Origin: Spirochaetia bacterium
GTDB taxonomy: Bacteria > Spirochaetota > Spirochaetia > DSM-2461
Reading direction: 5' to 3'
NCBI GenBank assembly: GCA_963666985.2
Contig: CAXXIA010000002.1
Location: 2,208,001-2,272,000, forward strand
DNA: 64,000 nt
A model generated the notes under the pieces. It did not search any database. It was not told where the DNA came from and worked only from the letters and a program-made list of their open reading frames with translations. Shown piece by piece: positions 57,857-64,000 of the stretch (its first letter is position 1; every line of letters begins with the position of its first letter). Both the position numbers and the translations under genes were made by a program.

Positions 57857-58354
57857 ATGAGTGAGATTAAAAATACACCGAAGATTACAGACGATGAAAT
57901 CGTCAACAAGGTCCGGGATGCCATAGAGCATCGGGCGACGTGGATGGGATTGATGTTCGACGAAGCCAAGAAGGCAGGTGTCGACTTCGAACCCATCGGA
58001 AGGGCGGCCATCAGCCGCTGCGGTCATTTCCACGGTATTAATTTCAACAGTTTGAAATCCGCCGATACCGTACCGGCTTTCAAAGAAGCCTTTCTGAACG
58101 AACTTGGACAGAAGCTTTTCGAGATGGAAATCACCAAGTGCGATGATGAGGAACTGAAGGTGGAGTTCCATTATTGCGCTTTGGTCAACGCCTGGGTTAA
58201 ACAGGGATTCGATCCGAAGAATATCGAAGTTCTGTGTGACATGGCCATGGACGGCGACAGGGGAATCGCGGCGGAGAACAACCTCGATTTCACCCTCGGC
58301 GACACTATCGCCGCCGGCTGCCCCACCTGCAGTCTGACGTTCAAAAGGAAATAG
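57857..58354 (+). CDS. L-2-amino-thiazoline-4-carboxylic acid hydrolase family protein
   Basis: HRATW, FHYCALVNAW, LCDMAMDGDRG and TIAAGCPTC Cys pattern typical of this family. Confidence 0.75.
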   Translation: MSEIKNTPKITDDEIVNKVRDAIEHRATWMGLMFDEAKKAGVDFEPIGRAAISRCGHFHGINFNSLKSADTVPAFKEAFLNELGQKLFEMEITKCDDEELKVEFHYCALVNAWVKQGFDPKNIEVLCDMAMDGDRGIAAENNLDFTLGDTIAAGCPTCSLTFKRK

Positions 58355-58572
58355 GGCTATCGGGGAATAGTGAAAGCTTCCTCCCCGAGACACGGTTTCT
58401 TCCCCTGCGGAATCCTGCGGTTCAAGGAACCGTGTCGATTCGGCCCGCAACCGGATCGAAGCCTCTTTCAATCCGGATTTTTAAATTGTATCGCAAGTTT
58501 TGAAGCGAATAATCGGAACATGGCGCCGCCGTCGTTCGTCGGCGCTTCTCGGAACATTCTGCTCATGGGAGT

Positions 58573-59481
58573 GTGCAAGTGTACATTGTTCAACAGCTGA
58601 TTAACGGTATCTGCCAAGGCTCTATATATGCGCTCATGGCGATCGGCTACGCAATGATATATGGAATCGTCGGCCTTGTAACGTTCACTTATGGTGAAAT
58701 TATCATGATGGGGTCGTTTTCCGCTTTTTACTATTTTATCGTTTTCGGCGACAACCTCGTCATTTCTTTGATTTTCGGTTTCTTCGCCGCCGGTCTGGTG
58801 GGAGTGTTCGTCCACAAGATTTGTTATCAAAGGTTCCTTAACGCTCCCAGGCATATCTCTCTGATATGCACCATCGGAATGAGTATGTTCCTGAAGAATC
58901 TTGCGATTATCGTGTTTGGGAGCACCATGAAAGGACTGCCGATTTTTTTCGAGGGCAAGACTCTTGTTCTTTTCGAGCGGACCACCGAGGGTTTTCGGCA
59001 GCAGCTTTCGCTCACATATCTTCAGCTTATGGTCATAATTACCGTCGTCGTACTTTCACTGGCCCTGTCTCTGTTTCTGAATCAGACACGGGTGGGTATG
59101 CGGCTGAGGGCGGTCAGCCAGGACCGGAAAGCCGCGGCCTTGGTGGGGGTTAACGTTAAAAACACGACGCTGCTTGGCAACAGCATCGGATGCGGACTCG
59201 GCGGTGTTGCCGGTATCCTGCTGGGACTTTATTACAACTCGGTCATTCCGACCATGGGCGGGATGGCGGGAATGAAAGCATTTTCCTCGGTGGTTATCGG
59301 GGGACTTTCGAACATCACCGGCGCGGCATTGGGCGGCGTAAGCATCGGCATTATCGAGAACCTCGGCATCGCATTCATACCCAATGGTTCCGGGTACAGG
59401 GATGTTTTTGCGTTCCTGTTCCTGATTATCGCGCTGCTGATTAAGCCGGAAGGCCTCTTCGTCAGGAAAGGAAGAATCTGA
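58573..59481 (+). CDS. livH: Liv-type ABC permease (LivH-like)
   Basis: QQLING...GSIYALMAIG, GMRLRAVSQD..AALVGVN and KAF..VIGG. Confidence 0.9.
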   Translation: MQVYIVQQLINGICQGSIYALMAIGYAMIYGIVGLVTFTYGEIIMMGSFSAFYYFIVFGDNLVISLIFGFFAAGLVGVFVHKICYQRFLNAPRHISLICTIGMSMFLKNLAIIVFGSTMKGLPIFFEGKTLVLFERTTEGFRQQLSLTYLQLMVIITVVVLSLALSLFLNQTRVGMRLRAVSQDRKAAALVGVNVKNTTLLGNSIGCGLGGVAGILLGLYYNSVIPTMGGMAGMKAFSSVVIGGLSNITGAALGGVSIGIIENLGIAFIPNGSGYRDVFAFLFLIIALLIKPEGLFVRKGRI

Positions 59482-60518
59482 TGAGAGAACGGATCAAGCT
59501 TTTTTTCGCAGAGCATAAGAAAATGATCTACATCGGACTGGGAATTCTGTTCGCAGTGGCTCCTCTGATTGTCGGTCGGACCGTTAATAAATCGAACTAC
59601 GTTATCGATATCATGGTTCGGATTCTCTTCTATGTAATCTTCGCGACTTCACTGAACACCATTAATGGGTATTCGGGCCAGTTTAATATCGGTCACGCGG
59701 GATTCATGCTTATCGGGTCCTACACCGGTGCGATTCTGGCAACGAAACTGGGTATGGGCGGTGCCTGGTATTGGGCCGTTATACCTATCGCCGGGATTTT
59801 CACCGCAATCGTCGGACTCCTCGTTTCACTGCCGACTTTGAAGCTTAAAGGGATTTACCTGGCTATTGTTACGCTTGGATTCAGCGAAATCGTCAGAATC
59901 GTGGCTCTCAACTGGACTGCGGTTACCAACGGTGCTCTGGGGGTGAAGAACATTCCCAAGCTTTGGCTTTTCGGCCTGAAGAAAACCTCCTCGCCGATGG
60001 TGATGTACTATATTGCGTTTTTCTTCGTTATCCTTTGCCTTTACTGTACCTATAAAGTAATAAACTCTCGAATCGGGCGGGCATGGATGAGCATTCGCGA
60101 GGATGCGACGGCGTCGATGTCCTTAGGCGTGGAAGCCCGGAAATATAAGGCCATCAACTTCATGTACGGCGCATTCTGGGCGGGAATCGGCGGTGCCCTC
60201 ATGGCTGTTTACTATCGATTCATTTCTTCGGATATGTTCGTTACCGACGAAGGCTTCAACGTTCTGGCCATGGTTATCGTCGGCGGCCAAGGAACACTGA
60301 TAGGGCCGATTCTCGGTGCAATCATTGTCAACGCCATTACCGAGGTGTTTCGATTCGCGTCGGAATACCGTCTGGTCGTTTACGGCTTGCTGATAATTGT
60401 CATGATGTGGATTCGTCCCCAAGGACTCGCCGGTGCATCCAATTCAATCCTCGCCGGCAAAGGGATCCGGAAAAAGAAAAAGGCCTCGAAAACCGGCCGC
60501 GGGGAGGTTCTCTCGTGA
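59481..60518 (+). CDS. livM: Liv-type ABC permease (LivM-like)
   Basis: GQFNIGHAGF, YLAIVTLGFSEI, SRIGRAW.SIRED and RPQGL. Confidence 0.9.
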   Translation: MRERIKLFFAEHKKMIYIGLGILFAVAPLIVGRTVNKSNYVIDIMVRILFYVIFATSLNTINGYSGQFNIGHAGFMLIGSYTGAILATKLGMGGAWYWAVIPIAGIFTAIVGLLVSLPTLKLKGIYLAIVTLGFSEIVRIVALNWTAVTNGALGVKNIPKLWLFGLKKTSSPMVMYYIAFFFVILCLYCTYKVINSRIGRAWMSIREDATASMSLGVEARKYKAINFMYGAFWAGIGGALMAVYYRFISSDMFVTDEGFNVLAMVIVGGQGTLIGPILGAIIVNAITEVFRFASEYRLVVYGLLIIVMMWIRPQGLAGASNSILAGKGIRKKKKASKTGRGEVLS

Positions 60519-61285
60519 GCGTGATACTTGAAACCAGGAACGTCTCCAAACACTTCGGCGGCGTCAAAGCGGTGAACCATGTCGACATGAGGATCGACGA
60601 GGGCGATATTTTCGGCATCATTGGACCGAACGGCGCAGGAAAGACGACGTTTTTCAACGTTTGCAGCGGGACCATACCGGCTACTGAAGGTGAAGTATTT
60701 CTCGGCGGCGAATGCGTTTCGGGCATGACTTCTCCCCAGATCGCCCGCCGGGGCATGGCCCGAACGTTCCAGAATATCAAGCTCTTTAATTACATGACGG
60801 TTCTCGAGAATGTGAAAATCGGTTTTCACATGCATACCAAGACGAATATTTTTGATGCCGTTTTCAACACGAAGCGTTTCAAGCGCGACGAAGAATTTTC
60901 CCGGGAAGAAGGAAAGAAGATTATAGAGCGTGTGGGACTGACTAAGTTCATGGATGTGCAGGCCGGGAACCTCGCCTACGGTGTTCAGCGGCGGGTTGAG
61001 ATAGCACGGGCTCTGGCTTTGAATCCAAGGATATTGCTTCTGGACGAACCCGCCGCGGGTATGAATCCGAAAGAAACCCGTGAATTGCTTGAGTTCGTGA
61101 AAATGCTTAATGCCGACGGTTACACCGTTGCCGTTATTGAGCACGACATGAAGTTCGTAATGAGTCTCTGCCACAAGATTCTGGTTTTGAACTTCGGCAC
61201 GAAGATCTGCGAAGGCGACGCCGAGCATGTCAAGAATGATCCCTTGGTTCATGAGGCTTACTTCGGCAAGGGAACGACTCTCTAG
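60515..61285 (+). CDS. livG: Liv-type ABC ATPase (LivG-like)
   Basis: FGGVKAV, GPNGAGKTT, ARTFQN, LLDEPAAG, IEHDM and EAYFG; GTG start. Confidence 0.92.
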   Translation: MSVILETRNVSKHFGGVKAVNHVDMRIDEGDIFGIIGPNGAGKTTFFNVCSGTIPATEGEVFLGGECVSGMTSPQIARRGMARTFQNIKLFNYMTVLENVKIGFHMHTKTNIFDAVFNTKRFKRDEEFSREEGKKIIERVGLTKFMDVQAGNLAYGVQRRVEIARALALNPRILLLDEPAAGMNPKETRELLEFVKMLNADGYTVAVIEHDMKFVMSLCHKILVLNFGTKICEGDAEHVKNDPLVHEAYFGKGTTL

Positions 61286-61298
61286 AGGACAAGCAGCG

Positions 61299-62015
61299 AT
61301 GGTAATCAAGATAGATGATTTAGTTGTGAATTACGGATACATCTCGGCATTAAGGGGAATCAGCCTTGAAGTCGAGGCAGGAGAGGTCGTAACTCTGATC
61401 GGCGGTAACGGAGCCGGTAAAACGACGACGCTGATGTCCATCTCCGGCCTTGTAGCCAAAGACTCGGGAACCATTCACTATCGGGAGAAGGACATCACCG
61501 GCGTTGATTCGGACAAAATCGTGAAAATGGGAATCGCCCATGTCCCGGAAGGCCGAAATATTTTCCCCAAACTTTCGGTGGAAGAGAACCTCAAGATGGG
61601 CTGCGCTATGCAGAGGAAGATTTCCAAGGATCAGATCCACAAGAGACTGGAAGAGCAGTACGAGCTGTTCCCGCGGCTCCGGGAACGCCAAAGACAGGCC
61701 GGCGGTACACTTTCCGGCGGTGAGCAGCAGATGCTTGCCATCGGCCGGGGACTCATGTCGGATCCCGATTTGCTGATGCTGGACGAGCCGTCTCTCGGAT
61801 TGGCACCCATCATCATCGAGGAAATCTTCGAGTTGATCGCCCGAATCAAAGAAGAGACGAACAAGACGGTCTTGCTGATCGAACAGAACGCCATGCTGGC
61901 ATTGGGCGTCGCGGACCGGGGATACGTGCTGCAGAACGGAGAGATTGTTTTAACCGGAACCGGCGACGAACTGCTGCACAATAAGGACGTCCGAAAAGCG
62001 TACTTGGGCGAGTAG
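61299..62015 (+). CDS. livF: Liv-type ABC ATPase (LivF-like)
   Basis: GGNGAGKTT, VPEGR, LSGGEQQMLAIGR, DEPSLGLAP and AYLG. Confidence 0.93.
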   Translation: MVIKIDDLVVNYGYISALRGISLEVEAGEVVTLIGGNGAGKTTTLMSISGLVAKDSGTIHYREKDITGVDSDKIVKMGIAHVPEGRNIFPKLSVEENLKMGCAMQRKISKDQIHKRLEEQYELFPRLRERQRQAGGTLSGGEQQMLAIGRGLMSDPDLLMLDEPSLGLAPIIIEEIFELIARIKEETNKTVLLIEQNAMLALGVADRGYVLQNGEIVLTGTGDELLHNKDVRKAYLGE

Positions 62016-62104
62016 CGCCGGCGTCTTTCGGATTCCGGGATGTTAAGGCTCCCTGCGGGATTAACGCCCGGCGCGAATTTTTTCGGGAAAGTAGATGGGA
62101 AAGG

Positions 62105-63127
62105 ATGGTTGATATGGTAATGAAGAAGATCATGAACAGCGCCGATTCGTTCTGCGATGAGATGCTGGAGGGTATTTATCTTGCCCATGGCGATAAGGTG
62201 AAAGCCTTGGACGGTGATTTGAGGGTTTTGGTCCGGGCCGGATCCCCGCGGGCCGGAAAGGTTGGAATCGTAACCGCGGGCGGCAGCGGTCATCTTCCTG
62301 TTTTCCTGGGTTACGTGGGTGAGGGCATGCTGGATGCCTGTGCCGTCGGGAATGTCTTCGCGTCGCCGTCGGCCAGTAAGATGCAGAAGATGATAGAACA
62401 TGCGGATCAGGGTTCCGGCGTTTTGTGCCTCTATGGAAATTACGGCGGCGACAACATGAATTTCGACATGGCATGTGAGTTCGCAGACATTCAAGGCATT
62501 AAGACTGCACAGATTCGAGTCTGCGACGACGTCGCCAGCGCCCCGTTGGAGAATGCGGAGAAGCGCCGCGGCGTTGCGGGAATGATATACGCCTGGAAGA
62601 TCGCGGCGGCGGCGGCGGATAAGATGATGTCTCTGGATGAAGTTACCGCCGTTACCCGGCGGGCACTCGGGAATATCCGATCCATGGGAATCGCCTTATC
62701 TCCCTGCATTGTCCCTCAAGCCGGAAAGCCGACCTTTGAAATTGCCGCCGACGAGATGGAAATTGGGATGGGAATTCACGGCGAGGTGGGAATTGAAGTC
62801 AGCAAGATGAAAAGCGCCGATGAGATTGTAACGCTGATGATGGATAAGATCGTCGGCGACATGCCCCTCTCCGAAGGGGATAGAATCGCCGTCCTGGTCA
62901 ACGGACTCGGCGGAACACCCATGGAAGAACTGTATATCTGCTACAAGGCGATTACGGAGTATGTCGAAGACATCGGTGCCGTCATCGATTCCCGGTACGT
63001 CGGCGAATACGCGACGTCTATGGAAATGGCGGGGATGTCCATAACAGTCATGAAGCTCGATGACGAACTGAGTGAACTTTTGGATCATCCCGCGAGCACT
63101 CCGTTTTTTACCAATCTCAACATGTAG
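62105..63127 (+). CDS. dhaK: Dihydroxyacetone kinase family, substrate-binding DhaK subunit
   Basis: GGSGHLP, GNVFASP, NYGGD, RRGVAG, GMGIHGE and TSMEMAG; exact start among 62105/62114/62120 uncertain. Confidence 0.9.
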   Translation: MVDMVMKKIMNSADSFCDEMLEGIYLAHGDKVKALDGDLRVLVRAGSPRAGKVGIVTAGGSGHLPVFLGYVGEGMLDACAVGNVFASPSASKMQKMIEHADQGSGVLCLYGNYGGDNMNFDMACEFADIQGIKTAQIRVCDDVASAPLENAEKRRGVAGMIYAWKIAAAAADKMMSLDEVTAVTRRALGNIRSMGIALSPCIVPQAGKPTFEIAADEMEIGMGIHGEVGIEVSKMKSADEIVTLMMDKIVGDMPLSEGDRIAVLVNGLGGTPMEELYICYKAITEYVEDIGAVIDSRYVGEYATSMEMAGMSITVMKLDDELSELLDHPASTPFFTNLNM

Positions 63128-63781
63128 GTGCGATTCATGAATCGAATGACGGGTAATGACATCCTGGAAATATTCAAGTTTATCGAGGTGGAAATGCGGG
63201 AAAACAGCAGCCACCTCATCCACCTCGATTCTTTCGGCGGCGACGGCGATCTTGGTATCAGCATGTGCCAGGGGTTCCGCGGTATCATCGAGGAGCTTTC
63301 GAATCTCGATCTTTCGGATATGGAGTTAAAGGACGTGTTCTTGAAAGCCGCGATGGCCATAAACGAGTATTCTCCTTCCTCTTTGGGCACAATTCTCTGC
63401 GCCGGCATGATAGGGGGTGCCAAGATGATAGGCACCGAGTCGGAGAGTTTTTCAGTCCGGTATCGGAACTTCGTCGCGGGGGCTCTGGACGGCATTATGC
63501 AGCGGGCCGGATCGAAGCGGGGGGAGAAAACAATCCTCGACGCCATCGGCGGTGCCCTTGATGCCCTTGAAAAGAGCATCGCTTCGGGAGATTCTCCGGA
63601 GGATGCCGTTCAAGCCGCCTCCTCCGGCGCTCGAGATGGAATGGAGGCAACCAAGGACATGATAGCGGTTCACGGCCGCGCCGCTTACCGGAAAGAGAAC
63701 TCGCGGGGGTATGTCGACGGCGGCGCCACGGTCGGTATGCTCATTTTTAAGGCCGTCAGTGAGTATGTCGTCGGGAACTGA
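63128..63781 (+). CDS. dhaL: Dihydroxyacetone kinase family, DhaL subunit
   Basis: LD..GDGDLG, GEKTILDA, HGRAAY and DGGA. Confidence 0.9.
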   Translation: MRFMNRMTGNDILEIFKFIEVEMRENSSHLIHLDSFGGDGDLGISMCQGFRGIIEELSNLDLSDMELKDVFLKAAMAINEYSPSSLGTILCAGMIGGAKMIGTESESFSVRYRNFVAGALDGIMQRAGSKRGEKTILDAIGGALDALEKSIASGDSPEDAVQAASSGARDGMEATKDMIAVHGRAAYRKENSRGYVDGGATVGMLIFKAVSEYVVGN

Positions 63782-63855
63782 ATGTCCCTGTGTTTTTTAC
63801 TTCCGGCCGGAAAAGCGGCCGGAGGCCGGCTCATAAGATTTCATTTGGAGTATTC

Positions 63856-64000
63856 ATGATCGATAAGAGGATCTACCGGAAATACGTGAACGTACTTCGC
63901 AAGGAACTCGTTCCCGCCCTCGGCTGCACTGAGCCGATTGCAATCGCATACGCGAGCGCGAAGGCGAGGGAAACCCTCGGCCGTTTCCCCGAAGAAATCG
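63856..64000 (+). CDS. L-cysteine desulfidase / serine-dehydratase-alpha-like protein (YhaM/CdsB family), 3'-truncated by window edge
   Basis: Not in the ORF track. Manual translation MIDKRIYRKYVNVLRKELVPALGCTEPIAIAYASAKARETLG contains the PALGCTEP signature; SD GGAG upstream. Confidence 0.85.
   Translation, partial: MIDKRIYRKYVNVLRKELVPALGCTEPIAIAYASAKARETLGRFPEEI

Noticed and set aside
60380..62494. 309-aa and 287-aa minus-strand ORFs
   Set aside because: Typical antisense shadows of ABC ATPase and dhaK genes.

Overview
Gene-dense bacterial chromosomal window, probably from a free-living spirochaete. That assignment is inferred from the 'FANG/CANG'-type signal peptides on solute-binding proteins, the MCPs and the clostridial-type gene content. 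Contents in order: (1) 1-11.7 kb, an uncharacterised sugar or amino-sugar catabolic cluster (SDR, orphan flavoprotein, NAD-epimerase, DHDPS-like aldolase, TetR, M20 amidohydrolase, NagA-like, two TIM-barrel isomerases, PPi-type Pfk). (2) 11.8-21.5 kb, a visibly AT-richer RpiR/Opp/creatininase/M42/PLP-enzyme island bounded by a 57-bp imperfect direct repeat that looks like a duplicated Pho-box promoter. (3) 21.5-34 kb, a C-P lyase operon (phnGHIJK-M-acetyltransferase-L-PHP) plus phnDCEE; PhnH, PhnI, PhnK and the PHP enzyme carry long in-frame Ala/Gly/Ser-rich insertions. (4) 34-48 kb, a persulfide/CoA-disulfide reductase, CBS-pyrophosphatase, twin polytopic MCPs around a flavodoxin-fold reductase, deoC, a GNAT and a 7TM-DISM HD-GYP protein. 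(5) 48-53 kb, a three-gene GT2/acyltransferase/FAAL-ACP-reductase lipid cluster. (6) 53-64 kb, an oxocamphor-hydrolase-like crotonase, a MocR regulator and a Liv-type ABC locus with an ATC-hydrolase-family gene, DhaKL and a cysteine-desulfidase-like gene cut by the window end. Two related RPE/ERIC-like palindromic elements are present. No rRNA, tRNA, CRISPR array, transposase or integrase was seen. All product calls come from motif recognition by eye, not from database searches.
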